A stretch of DNA of 64,000 nt from Azolla caroliniana. Lineage: Eukaryota; Plantae; Polypodiophyta. A program made the translations under genes and the position numbers. Below the pieces are notes generated by a model. The model was given only the letters and a program-made list of their open reading frames with translations, searched no databases and was not told the origin of the DNA. Of this stretch, positions 24,784-38,760 are shown piece after piece; within the stretch, counting starts at the first letter, position 1, and each line of letters opens with the position of its first letter. Location: assembly GCA_043228905.1 (NCBI GenBank), contig JBHGNT010000020.1, positions 2,790,001-2,854,000 on the forward strand. The letters run 5' to 3'.

Positions 24784-27700
24784 GTTAAATCTTATTTCAC
24801 GAAATGTAAGGGGCTTAGGAGGTAGAAATTGTTCTAAGGTAAGGAGTGTTTTCCGCCGTCAGCTAAGGAAATCTTTGATAGGTAGGATTGATGTTCTTCT
24901 TATTCAAGAGCATCATTTAAATGAACAAAGAATTCAAAAATATGGAAATTTGTTACCAGGCCACAGGAAACAATTCTGGGTGCTTGCAACTGGGGATAAT
25001 AGTTTGAAAGCAGGTCTTTGCATAGCAATAACCGAAATTTGGTGGTCTGCTTTATCACATTACGAAGTTTTGGCTTGTGGTAGAGGACATTATATAATTC
25101 TTCAAATTGGTTTAAAGAAGTGGGGTTTGTTGAATATTTATGCACCAAATCATGCAAGAGATAGAACAACATTATGGAGTGCATTATGCCACAGTTACCA
25201 GCTGTTGAACATTGGGCAATTGCGGGTGACTTTAATATGTTGGAGGATGAGTGTGATAGGTTAGGAGGCACATTTCAACCATTATTTGGTTCAGAATTAT
25301 ATAAATGGGAACGTTTGATCTTTTCTTTAGGTTTAATGGACTTGTGTCATGTGTCTTCCTTTGAACGCATGCAAGATTCCTTAGCTTATTCACGTTCGGA
25401 TAGAAAACAATCACATACCAATTTGTCTAGGTTAGATAGATTTTATGTGGATAAATTTTTGTGGGACAAAGGAGGTTCAATTGGAATTTTACCTTCATTT
25501 TCCTTTTCTGATCATGCACCACTTGGTTTAGTTATAGTCTTGCAGGAGCAACATAGATATTCTAGGTTTAGAATCCCGAATCATGTGTTTCTTAGCCAAG
25601 ATTGTGTTCCTAGTGTGCATAATATCTGGAACAAATATGACTTTTCATATGATTATGCAGTAGCTAGTGTTCAAAAGGCTATGAGTGAAACACAATTTTT
25701 TCACTGTAAAGCTAAACAAGTATTTCATGAGTCTTGTACTAAAATAGGAAGACTTTGTACGGGGTTGAAATCCTTGCAACATCTGCAAGAGAGAAGACCA
25801 TATTCAAGGTATATAAATTCCCGAGTGATACAAGTAAGGAACCAGATATTGGAATTACAAAAGATTTCAGCGAATTTTAATTATCATAATATATCGTCTA
25901 CATGGGCAGAGTCAGGAGATAAAGTAAATAAACTGTTTTTTGCAGTGCATAATCATCATAAGACAACTGTTAGGATTTCTCGGTTAAAATGTCAAGACGG
26001 CTCTTATACCATGGATTCTAGTCAGATGAGGCAAATAGCCTCAGATTAGTATGAGACTTTGTTGAAAGCTAGATCATTTTTTGCGGATGATTTGATTAAA
26101 AGGGACATCATATGGTCAAAGATTCATAATAGGGTATCTGTACAACTGATAGATTGTCTTTTACAACCGCTAAATTCTCAAAGAGGTTCTTACAGCTGCT
26201 AAAGGCCTTGCTAAAGATGTTTGTCCTAGCTTGGATGGGTTGGGAGTCTAGTGGTATATCCAATATTGGGATTTGATAAGTGATGGATAGACCAAAGCCT
26301 ACCAAAAGATATTAAATTCGGGAAATATGCCACAAGAATGGAAGGAGGGTTTAATTTATATGATCCCTAAATCAAGTGGACAACTAGAAGAGCTTCAACA
26401 TTGGAGACCAATTACATTGTTGAATGTTATTTATAAAATATTAGCAAAAATGCTAGCTAGAAGGCTACAACCTTATCTGTCGGAACTGATTCATGATTCT
26501 CAGATTGGTTTTCTGCAAGAGAGAAGTATTTTTGATAACATTATTCTCTTTTGGGAAATGGTTGCCTTTGCGGAATTGCATAAGCAAGACTTAGCGATGT
26601 TATTTCTTGATTTTGAAAAGGCTTATGATAGAGTGGACTGGGATTTTATGGAGGGAACATTGGTTAGGATGGGTTTGCCAAACACATGGATACGAGGAGT
26701 ATCAACATTATATCGTAATGCGTATAACTCTCTTTTATTTGTAGGGGATGTTGGTAGGAGATTCCCGATCTCAAGATCAGTAAGATAGGGATGTCCACTT
26801 GCTCCTTTCCTATTTTTTTTAGTATCTGAAACATTTTCTGTACATCTAAATTCTCAATATGTAAATATGAAAGGCTTAGCACTACCAGTGTGATATGCTA
26901 TTGTGGATAGCGAGTTTGCTAATGACATAACTTTATATGTTCAGGCCTCATGATTAAATTTGGCACAGGTGCAAAAGGCTGTGGAGGATTTTTCAGATGC
27001 GTCGGGTGCATTGATAAATTGGGATAAGTCATCAGGTTTTTGGGTTGCTCTGGGAGATCCGCTAGTTAATGTGCCTTCTTCAGGATTCACATGGACACCT
27101 CAAGGTTAGTCCATTAGGTATTTAGGTTGTAGAGTGGGCTTGGGATTAAATGCAGAGGATATGGTTGCACCCATGTTTTTAAGATTAAGGAATAAGCTAA
27201 TATACTGGAATAAGGAAAAGCTATCCTTAGCAGGACGTATCGTTGTAGCTAATTCGGTGCTTTTGTCCTCAATTTGGAATATAGCATCTACATGGCTATT
27301 TTCGAGGACAATCATGCTTAAAGTTCAACGCCTAATACGGAATTTTATTTGGTGGAACAATGTGTCTGACAATTCGGTAGCAAAGGTCGCTTGGACGGTT
27401 CTTTTACAATCTAAGCGGAAAGGAGGTCTAGGTTTGATTGATCCTTTTATGCAAAGTAAAGCCTTACTTTCTAAACATGTTGTTAAGAGTTTATTGCCAG
27501 GAGAGGAGTTATGGAAAAAGCTATGGATGCGGCATTTACATACGTCAAGACATCAACAGGTGGTCAATGGAAGGACAGTCTTAGATGGTTTTTCAATGCA
27601 GATTTTCCATTGCCTAAGTCTACTGTTGGATCCTTACGTTTTTTTAATGGAATATTTCGAGCATGGGAAAGTATTCCTCAAGCACTTGTTTTCTTGCCAC

Positions 27701-29111
27701 CGAAAACTAATACTCAATTCATGCGTCAACCTTTGATATGGAACCCTTTATTTACGGATGAAGCTGCATGTGTGTTGGGTCTACGACCTAGGTTATCTTG
27801 GGCTGCAATGGACAATGGTCTAGCCTGTATAGTTGAGGATTGGATAAAATTTTTGTAGACATCGGCTCAGGAACGAAAGAATAGGTTGTCTATTTTAAGA
27901 GGGGCACACATAATGGTAGATCAATTGTCCATGGTGTATCAGGTCACAGTACCAACTTTGCAGCTCGATCATTTAAAAAGTTGGTACAATATGTTTTCGA
28001 CACTTAATATACTTATAGGTGCTCGTTTATATCATCAAAATGGCAACCTTCACTTCTATGAAGTGTTAGGTAATGGTAGGTTGGTATTAGTAGATGACGA
28101 GTCTCCAATTATGTCTGCTGTGAAGCAGTTACCCGTGCGAGTAATTGCTAGATTGGATAAAAAATTGTTTATTGACCCTAGTCCCTTAATTGCTAACTAT
28201 GCATCTCATATTTGGGTTTTACACTCTAGACCACTTGTTGATCTCCAGTGGGATCGTGCAGATTATGGTTGGAAATTGTCCATGCCTAATAATTCCACTA
28301 AGGTCCTCCCATTCTTCACATATTCGGTGGCATTCGGGAGAAACTTTATGTTGAGTCAGACTGAGTAAGTACTTGCGGGAAAAAAGTAGTGGGGGGAAGG
28401 TAATGTATCATCTCCACATATGATGATGTTTTGGAAACAGTGTCAATTAAATGTATGAACAAGATATTACACTTTCGTTAGTTGATGATTCATTATGCGT
28501 TGCGAGTAGGTGATTTGATGAGGGGATCTGTAGCTGATCGGTCCTGCGTTATGTGTGGTTATGTACGTGAGTCATTGCATCATGTATTTTGGGAATGTGT
28601 TGTTGCAAAAAAAGTTTGGTTTAGAATTCTTAGGCTACTAGGTCGTAAGTATAGGTCGGGAATTTTTACGTGGGGTGCAGTCTTATGGGGAAGGTTAGAT
28701 CAAAAAATGACTTTCTATCATCATCATTATTCTTCTTTGTCATTATGTGTCAGAAGTTTGCAGGTATACTCTACTTCAACCTCCTTGCAAGGAATCAAGT
28801 TTTTCTCCTCTTTGGCTTTATGGGTTCTTTGGAAAGCTAGGTGCTCCAAGCTATACAATGATGAAAACATTCACATCGTGGATCAGGTTAAGTCTTTTTG
28901 AGACTTATTGGTACATACAATTAAAGGTGAATATGATAGTTATAAGGGTTCTGGACACAAAACTAATAAGAAAAGAATGAGAATTCGTAAAGTTTGGTCA
29001 TCTATACCTATTATGTTGAATGAAGCCGCATATGTCAAGTGGAACTATGTACCGCCTCGTTGGTTGTTCCCGCCACTAGCACCATCTTTAGTACAACGTG
29101 ATATAATATAG
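24773..29111 (+). pseudogene. LINE-B ORF2 (APE-RT-zf-RVT), frameshifted
   Basis: NVRGLG, LIQEHH, NIYAPN, AGDFN, SRLDRFY, SDHAP, WRPITLLN, LDFEKAYDRV, CVMCGYVRESLHHVFWEC, WNYVPPRWLFPP. Confidence 0.93.
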
Positions 29112-31514
29112 ATGACCGTTGATATTTTTGTCAGGATAAGTGATGTTGTTGGGATGTTGGTAGAAATCAAGGACATGGCAAGCCAAAATTTGGTGCCGAT
29201 TAGCGACATGGCGAGATGGTTGTTGTGGATGTACGAAGCAAATTATTTTTGTGCAGCAAGGATGAGTGTAGATGGTGTGGGGGTTGAAGCAAATTATTAT
29301 GAGCAGGAATTTGGTGGTAATTGGCGAGAGGGTTGATGTGCAATTAAGAAGAAAAATTCTTTTGAGGGATAAGGAGGAATGAAGATGGCGTGGGGTTTGA
29401 AGCATATTATCATGAGTTGGTGACGAAATTGTTTGCACTAATTTGTTTGCTGTCTATATGTCAGGTTGCTTGATGGAATTCGGTGTCATGGGATGGAGTG
29501 AAGAAGATTTTAGGTTTTAGCTTAGGGAGTGCAACATACAGGATCGTATTGTCGTTGTTGTCATGTAAGATTTTAGGTGTCATAGGGAGTGCAACAAACA
29601 GGATTGTCTTGTCGTTGTTGTCATAGTTATTGTCTTTATAGAATTTATTCATGACGAGAGGATGAGTGATGATGGTGTGGGGGGAAACATTTATAATCAT
29701 TTTGTTATTATTTATACAGGAATTTGGTGGTAATCGGCGAGATGGTTGATATGGACTTGAGAAGCAAATTTTTTTCAGGGATAAGGATGAGCGAAGACGG
29801 TGTGGGGGGTGAAGTAGAATATTATGAGTAGGTACAGGAATTTGCTTAAAATGAACTGATGGTTGATGTTGAAAATGAAGCAGATTTTCTATTGATGAGT
29901 GAAGATGGTGTTGGAGGCTGAAGCAGATTTTTTATGATCATCAAATGAGAGTAATTCATTCTATTTTTTGATGATGTAGGGGTTGAAGCATACTTTCATG
30001 AGGGGAGAAGGAGAGCACACTGGATGTTGGTCATCGCGTCTTCCAATCTCAAGGACCTAGGTAGTAAAAGATGACACTATTGATGGAAAACGAAGCACAT
30101 TATCTATTTTTGACAAGGATGAGTGACGATGGTGTCGAGGGAAGAAGCATAATTTCTGAGGGGATCCGGAGAGTAGTGTCATTATGTTTTTTGTATGTAC
30201 AGGGCTTTGGTGATTTACGACGAGAGGTGGTTGATGTGGACTCTGGTGGTAATCGCCTAGATGTTGGATGGGGAAAACAAAACAGATTCTTTGTTTGATA
30301 ACGATGAGTCATGAGGTTGGCGGGGGCTGAAGCATACTTCATGATGGGAGAGTAAATTTTCTTTTCAGTTTTATGAGTGTTGATGTTGTGGACTTGGAAG
30401 CATTTTCTTGAGGGTCGACGAGAGTACATGCTTTGAAGCTTGCAGATTTTTAATGATATCATCACCCTTTCCCACTATCTCTTTGAAGCATTTAACACAC
30501 AACAATTCAGGTCAAATGTGTTGCCGTCATGGGAAGCCATGGCTCGACTCCAAACATTGGAATTCGTTGTTAAAGTGATCACATTACAAGATTTATAAAG
30601 TTGGTTGTTTTTGTAGGCATTTCTGTTGTGAAAGGTTGAGGGCTAATGTGGAAAAATGAAGTTCGATAAAGCTGGATACTCTGAGATGTTGTTTATATGT
30701 TGAGTATGGTCTTCAGTACATGCGAAACGAAATGCGAACATGAATTTTTCAAACTACCAACCAGGGTGGACAATCAAGAGCTTTAGCATATACGGAATCA
30801 ACTTCAGCTAACTTTGTCTACAACATGAAGTTTTTAGAAAACATGAAGTTTTTAGGGTCAAAGGAAAATGTTTTTCAGACGATTCTAACTACAAATGTAG
30901 CCATTTGGAATGAAATCATGATAGAATGGACGTTTCGATGAAGCACTGACTTGTTTTTACATGTTGGAGATTGTTTTCACCTTTATATGTGGTCTTCTAG
31001 CTACCGTACCAAAAGCGTTATTGGCAAGCCCTAGAGCTGTATTCGAAATGCCAAAGCTTATATTTGGTCTTGTCTTTGATACTATATACTTGTGGAGATG
31101 AAACAATATTATATCCTATTTGTATACTGCCTCTGGCCTTTTATTAATACCAATGGAACATATGTTTTATGGGAAAAATATTATAGAAAATTCTCAAAAA
31201 TAGAATTAATATGAAACTTCCCTCAAATAGACCGTTATCATGGACTAGTTTCATTTGGATCTTAGAAGAAACGTAAGAGCACTATTGGTTTATTTAGATA
31301 ACAAATCGTAAAGATTCAATAATAAGGCTAATATAAAATAACTCAACAAGAAATTTTTCTTGTACATGTTTTGTTTTTGATAGTATATGAATCCTTGGAA
31401 ATATTCCTCGAGTGCAATTGTAATCCAATGGTTAGGATAATTGCCTTCCAAGCAATAGACCCGAGTTCAACTCTCGGCCAACGCACACGAATGCGTTGGA
31501 AATATGCCCAAATT

Positions 31515-31586
31515 GCGCTTGTAGTCCAACGATAAGGATAATTGCCTTCCAAGCAATAGACCCCAGTTCAACTCTCGGCAAGCGCC
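31515..31586 (+). pseudogene. tRNA-Gly(TCC) copy, slightly degenerate
   Basis: D-loop and T-stem substitutions, 101 bp after the copy at 31414. Confidence 0.75.
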
Positions 31587-34500
31587 CACTATGTTATTTC
31601 AATCGTCAACAAAGTGAATTTATCTAAATCTTTGCTAAAAAAACTATTTTTCTGAACTAGTTTCATTTCTATCTTAGAAAGAAACTAAGGCTCAAGTTTT
31701 GCTCACTCATGTGACAAATTGTAAAGATTAATGACTCACACTGATCTAACATATTTGTGCGCTAAGTTATAGTCCTACAGTTAATGTATTTGATTTGAAA
31801 GCAATAGATAGAACTTCAACATGTCGTAAGTGCACGATCTGTGCCTTAGAGTAGTATTCCAATGGGACAAGAAAAATGTATTTGAGTCGATTCGAGAACT
31901 GCATGTTACATGCCAAGTTTTAGAACAATATTGCAGACAATTCTCAAAAAATTAAATTAATATAGAGCTTTGCTCAAATAGACCGGTTTCAAGGACTAGT
32001 TTCATTTGGATCTTAGAAGAAACGTAAGAGCATTATTGGTTTATTCAGATAACATATCGTAAAGATTCAATACTGAGGCTAATATACAATAATTCAACAA
32101 GAAATTTTTATCGTATATTTTTTGTTTCTGGTAGTATACGAATCCCATCGAAATATGCCCATATTGCGCTTGTAATCCAGCGGTTGGGATAATTGCCTTC
32201 CAAACAATAGACCCAGTTCAACTCTCGGCAAGCTCAAACAATGTTATTTTACTCAGTACTTCTAACAGAACATTCAATTCCATTCCAGAATGATACATAC
32301 CTTTCAAAGATTCATAATTAGAGCGTATGAAGTTGTCAACAAAGCGAATTCATCTAAATCTTTGCTAAAACAACTATTTTTCTCAACTAGTTTCATTTCT
32401 ATCTTAGAAGAAACTAAGGCTTAAGTTTTGCTCACTCATGTGACAAATTGTAAATATTAAGGACTCACACTGATATGAGATATTTGTGCGGTTGTAGTCC
32501 TATAGTTAATATATTTTCTTTGAAAACAACATATAGAACTTCAACATGTCGTAAGTGCACGTTGTGTGCTTTAGAGTAGTACGCCAATGGGAAAAGAAAA
32601 CGTTATTCGAGTCGATTCTAGAACGACATGTTACTTGACAAGTTTTATAACTATATTGCAAACAATTTTCAAAAAAATGAATTAATCTGAAGCTTTGCTG
32701 AAATAGGCCGTTTTCGTGGACTAGATTCATTTGTATCTTAGTAGAAACTTAGGACCACTATTGGTTTATTCAGATAAGAAATAGTAAAGATTCAATACTA
32801 AGGTTAATATGCAATAACACGCCAAGAAATTTTTCTAGTAGATTTTTTGTTTATGATAATATACGAATCCCTTGGAAATATAGCGAGACTGCTTTTGTAA
32901 TCCAACGGTTAGGATAATTGCCTTCCAAGCAATGGAACAGAGTTGAACTCTCGGCAAGGGCACACGAATACATTGGAAATATGCCCAAATTGCGGTTGTA
33001 GTCTAAGGGTTAGGATAACAACACTATTGGTTTATTTAGATAACAAATCGTAAAGATTCAAAACTAACGTCAATATACAATAACTCATCCAAAAATTTTG
33101 GTCAAACATTTTTTGTTTCTAATAGTATACGAATACCTTGAAACTTTTCCCAAATTGCGCTTGTAGTCCAATGGTTAGGATAATTGCCTTCCAAGCAATA
33201 GAGCAGAGTTCAACTCTCGACAAGGGCAGACTATGTTATTTCATTCATTACTTACAACAGAAAATAAAAAATGATGCAATTCCATTCCACAATGAGACGT
33301 ACCTTTCAAAGTTTCATAACTAGGGCATCAGAAGACAGCAACATAGTGAATTAATCTAAAGCTTTGCTAAAACAAATATTTTCTTGAACTAGTTTCATTT
33401 CTATCATAGAAGAAACTAAGGCTCAACTTTTCCTTAGTCATGTGACATATGGTAAATATTAAGGACTCACACTGATATGAGATATTTGTGAGTTTGTAGT
33501 CCTCTAGTTAATATATTTGCTTTGAAAGCAGTAGATAGAACGGCAACATGTCGTAAGTGCTCCTTTGTGTCTTAGAGTAGGATTCCAATGGGACAAGAAA
33601 AATGTATTTGAGTCGATTCAAAAACGGCATGTTACATGACAAGTTTCAAAACAAAGTGGTTGACAATTCCCAAAAATTGAATTAATATAAAGCTTTGCTC
33701 AAATAAACCGTTATCATGGACTAGTTTCATTTGGATCTTAGAAGAAACGTAACAGCACCATTGGTTTTTTCAGATAACAAATCATAAAGATTCAATACTG
33801 GGCTTAATATATAATAAGTCAACAAGAAATTTTCCTTGGATATTTTTTGTTTCCGATACTATATGAATCCCTTTGAAATATGCCAAGATTGCCCTTGTAA
33901 TCCAACGGTTAGGATAATTGCCTTCCAGGCAATAGACCCGAGTTAAACTCTTGGCAAGCGCACACGAATCCCTTGGAAATATGCCCAAATTGTGTTTGTA
34001 GTCCAACGGTTAGGATAATTGTCTTCGAGTTGATTCGAGAATGGCATGTTACATGACATGTTTCAGAGCAATATTGTAGACAATTCTCAAAAGTCGAATT
34101 AATATAAAGCTTTGCTCAAATAGACCGTTATCAAGAACTAGTTTCATTTCGATGTTAGCCGAAACATAACAACACTATTGGTTTATTCAGATAACAAATC
34201 GTAAATATTCAATACTGAGGTTAATAGACAATAACTTAACAAGAAATTTCTCTTGTATATTTTTTGTTTCTGATTGTATGAGAATCCCTTCGAAATATAC
34301 CTTGATTTCCCTTGTCATCGAACGGTTAGGATAATTGCCTTCCAATCAATAGACTCGAGTTCAAGTCTCGACAAACGCACACGAATGCGTTGGAAATATG
34401 CCCAAATTGCCCTTGTAGTCCAACGGTTAGGATAACAACGCTATTGCTTTATTCAGATAACAAATCGTAAATATTCAAAACTGAGGTTAATATAAAATAA

Positions 34501-35308
34501 CTCATCAAGAAATTTTGGTTGTACATTTTTTGTTTCTAATAGTATACGAATCCCTTGGAAATTTGCCGAAATTGCGCTTGTAGTCCAATGGTTAAGATAA
34601 TTGCCTTCCAAGCAATAGGCCCTAGTTCAACTCTCGGCAAGGCCACACTATATTATTTCAATAATTGCTTACAACGGTAAATAAAAAATGATTCAACTCC
34701 ATTCCACAATGATACATACCTTTCAAAGTTTCATAACTAGGGCGTCCGAAGACGGCAACATAGTGAATTAATCTAAAGCTTTGCTAAAACAACTTTTTTT
34801 CTAAACTAGTTTCATTTCTATCTTAAAAGAAACTAAGCCTCAACTTTTCCTCACTCCTGTAACCAATTGTAAAGATTAAGGGCTCACACTAATAAAAGAT
34901 ATTTGTGCGGTTATAGTCCTATAGTTAAAATATTTGATTTGAAAGTAATAGATAGAACTTCAACATGTCATAAGTGCAAGTTGTGTTCTTTAGAGTAGTA
35001 TTTCAATGCGACAAGAAAAATGTATTTGAGTCAATTCGAGAACGGCATGTTACATGACAAGTTTTATAACAATATTGTAGAGAATTCTCAAAAAATTGAA
35101 TTAATATAAAGCTTTGCTCAAATAGACTAGTTTCATGGACTACATTCATTTAGAACTTAGATGAAACGTAAGAGCATTATTGGTTTATTAAGATAACAAA
35201 TCATAAAGATTCAATACTGACCCTCATATACAATAACTCATCAACAAATTTTTCTCGCACATTTTTGTTTCTGATAGTATACGAATCCCTTGGAAATATG
35301 GCCACATT

Positions 35309-35380
35309 GTGCTTGTAGTCCAACGGTTAGGATAATTGCCTTCCAAGCAATAGACCCGAGTTCAACTCTCGGCAAGCGCA
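35309..35380 (+). tRNA. tRNA-Gly(TCC), essentially intact
   Basis: Differs from the perfect copies only by C2->T, giving a T:G pair. Confidence 0.8.
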
Positions 35381-38300
35381 CACTATGTTATTTCAATCAA
35401 TGTATCCAACGGCAAACAAAAATTGACTCACTTCCAATCCAGAATGATACGTACCTTTCAAAGTTTCATAACTAGAGTGTAAGAAGACAACAACATAGTG
35501 AATTAATATAAACCTTTGCTAAAACAACTATTTTCCTAAACTAGTTTCATTTCTATCTTAGAAGAAACTAAGCCACAACTTTTCCTCACTAATTTGACAT
35601 ATTTTAAAGATTAAGGGCTCACACTGATATGAGATATTTTAGTGGTTGTAGTCCTATAGTTAATGTATTTGCTTTGAAAGCAATAGATAGAACTTCCACA
35701 TGTCGTAACTACACATTGTGTGCTTTAGAGTAGTACTCCAATGGGATAAGTAAAAGGTATTTGACTCGATTCAAAAATGGCATATTACATGAAAAGTTTG
35801 ATAACAATATTCAAGAAAATACTCAAAAAAGTGAATTAATATGAAGCTTTGCTCAAAGAAACCGTTTTCATGGACTAGTTTCATTTGTATCTTAGAAAAA
35901 ACGTAAGAGCACTATTGCTTTATTCAAATAACAAATTCTAAAGATTCAATACAGAGGTTAATATACAATACTTCAGCAAGATATTTTTCTTGTACATTTT
36001 TTGTTTTTGATAGTGTATGAATCCCTTGGAAATATGCCCAAATTGCGCTTGTCGTCCAACAGTTAGGATAATTGCCTTCCAAGCAATAGACCTCAGTACA
36101 ACTCTCGGCAAGCGCACACTATTATTTCAATCACTGCTTCCAACGGAAAAGGAAAAATAATAAACTTCCAATCCATAATGATATGTACCTTTCAAAGTTT
36201 CATAACTAGAGTGTAAGAAGACAGCAACATAGTGAATTAATCTAAAACTTTGCTAAAACAACTATTTTCGTGAACTAGTTTCATTTCTATCTTAGAGGAA
36301 ACTAAGCCTCAACTTTTCTATCTTCCAAGAAACTAAGCCTCAACTTTTCCTCTCACACTAATATAAGATATGTGTGCGGTTGTAGTCCTATAGTCCTATA
36401 GTTAATGTATGTGCTTTGGAAGCAATAGATAGAATTTTAATATGTCGTAAGTGCACGTTGTGTGTTTTAGAGTAGTATTCCAATGAGACAAACAAAATGT
36501 ATTTGAGTCGATTCGAGTACGTCATGTTACATGACAAGTTTTATAACAATATTCTAGAAAATACTCGAAAAATTAAATTAATATGAAGCTTTGCTCAAAT
36601 AGACCATTTTTATGGACTAGTTTCATGTGCATCTTAGAAGAAACGTAAGAGCACTATTGGTTTATTCAGATAACAAATCGTAAAGATTCAATATTGAGGT
36701 TAATATACAATAACTCAGCAAGAAATTTTTCTCGTACAGTTTTTATTTCTGATAGTGTACGAATCCCTTGGAAATATGCCCAAATTGCGCTTGTAGTCCA
36801 ACGGTTAGGATAATTGTGTTCTAAGCAATAGACCCGAATTCAACTCTGGGCAAGCACACACTATGTTATTTCAATCACTGCTTCCAACGAAAAAGAAAAA
36901 ATGATTCACTTCCAATCCAGAATGATACGTACCTTTCAAAGTTTCATGACTAGAGCGTAAGAAGATAGCAACATAGTGAATTAATCTAAACCTTCCTAAA
37001 ACAACTATTTTCCCGAACTACTTTCATTTCTATCTTAGAAGAAAGTAAGCCTCCACTTTTCCTAACTCATGTGACATGTTTTAAAGCTTAAGGACTCACA
37101 CTGATATGAGATATTTGTGCGGTTGTAGTCCTATAGTTAATGTATTTGCTTTGAAAGCAATAGATAGAACTTCAACATGTCCTAACTACATTGTGTGTGC
37201 TTTAGAGTAGTATTCCAATGGGACAAGCAAATTGTACGAATATTTCTCATACATTTTCTGTTTCTAATAGTGTACGAATGCCTTGGAAATATGCCCAAAT
37301 TGCGTTTGTAGTCCAACGGTTAGGATAATTGCCTTCCAAGTTCAACATGTCGTAACTGCACGTTGTGTGCTTTAGAGTAGTATTCCAATGTGACAAGGAA
37401 ATTGTATTTGAGTCGATTCGAGAGCATCATGTTACATGACAAGTTTTATTACAATATTCTAGGAAATACTCAAAAATTGAATTAATATGAAGCTTTGCTC
37501 AAATAGACCGTTTTCATGGACTAGGTTCATGTGGATCTTAGAAGAAACGTAAGAGCACTATTGGTTTATTCAGATAACAAATTGTAAAGATTCAATACTG
37601 AGGTTAATATACAATAACTCGGCAAGAAATTTTTCTCCTACTGTTTTTATTTCTGATAGTGTACGAATCCCTTTGAAATTTGGCCAAATTGCGCTTGTTA
37701 TTCCAACGGTTAGGATAATTGCTTTCCAAGCAATAGACCCGAGTTCAAATTTTGGCAAGCGCACACTATGTTATTTCAATCACTGCTTCCAATGGAATAG
37801 AAAAAATGATTAACTTCCAATCCAAAATGATACGTAGATTTCAAAGTTTCATAACTAGAGCGTAAGAAGACAGCAACATAGTGAATTAATCTAAAGCTTT
37901 GCTAAAACAACTATTTTCCTGAGGGTCAAAGCATGCTACGGTGTACCAACTTTTGGCCAAAACTTTAGTACTAATTCCATGTGGATGAAAAACTTCAAAA
38001 TGTAAAAATAAATCAAGTATTTGGGTTTAAAAAGTTGAGCACTTGTCTTAAAATTAAAAGTCACATTCAATGAAAATAGAATTCAAATACAAATTAACAT
38101 CACTTGTGTTAAAATCCTACGTAATGTTGTAAGGAGGTCTTAACTATATAAGATCTCGAGTCGTTAGTGAATCATCCACTCTGTCTCTCTTGGCAATTAA
38201 CAAGTTTATGTCGAACTGTTAGTTAGTTAGTTAGTCTCTCTCTCTCTCTCTCTCTCTCTCTTTACACTTGGTAATTCCCTAGGTTTGTACCTCTTCTCTC

Positions 38301-38439
38301 TCGCAGTCTTTCCTTCCCCCTTCTACTCGAGAATTCATTACATCCGTACCCCCCTCCCTCCCTGCCTCCCTCCCTCTTCCAACTTCTACACAGGTTTCTC
38401 CATGTTCTCTGCTCACTCTGAAACCCTAAACCCATTCCT

Positions 38440-38760
38440 TGCCTGTCATGTCCTCTTTGCAACAATAGTACATTGTGACCTCATTGTTCTATGTCATCGT
38501 TACATCAACATCAGGTGTTGTACTGTGTCCTCGCTACATCGACATCAGGTCTTCAGCTGTGTCCTCGTCATGTCCTCTTTGCAACAACAGTACGTTGTGA
38601 CCTCGCTGTTCTTTGTCGTCGTTACATCGACATCAGGTCATCAACTATGTCCTCGTTGTGACCTCGTTGTTCTCTATCGTCGTTACATCGACATCAGGTG
38701 TTGTATTGTGTCCTCGCTGCATCGACATCAGGTCATCAACTATGTCCTCGTTGTGTCCTC
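38440..38760. repeat. Degenerate tandem repeat (ACATCGACATCAGGT units)
   Basis: CATC(G/A)ACATCAGGT occurs five times. Confidence 0.7.

Larger units (their letters stand above)
23253..31176 (+). mobile_element. LINE-B, near full-length L1/Tx1-like element in the tDNA spacer
   Basis: ORF1, ORF2 and ~2-kb 3' region. Satellite stops at ACAATATTG and resumes at AATATTATAGAAAATTCTC, implying a short AATATT duplication. Confidence 0.92.
31177..37922 (+). repeat. tRNA-Gly(TCC) tandem array, block 2 (~9 monomers, rearranged)
   Basis: tRNA copies near 31414, 31515, 32166, 32891, 33157, 33891, 34308, 34574, 35309, 36045, 36787, 37691, plus partial copies. Confidence 0.92.
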
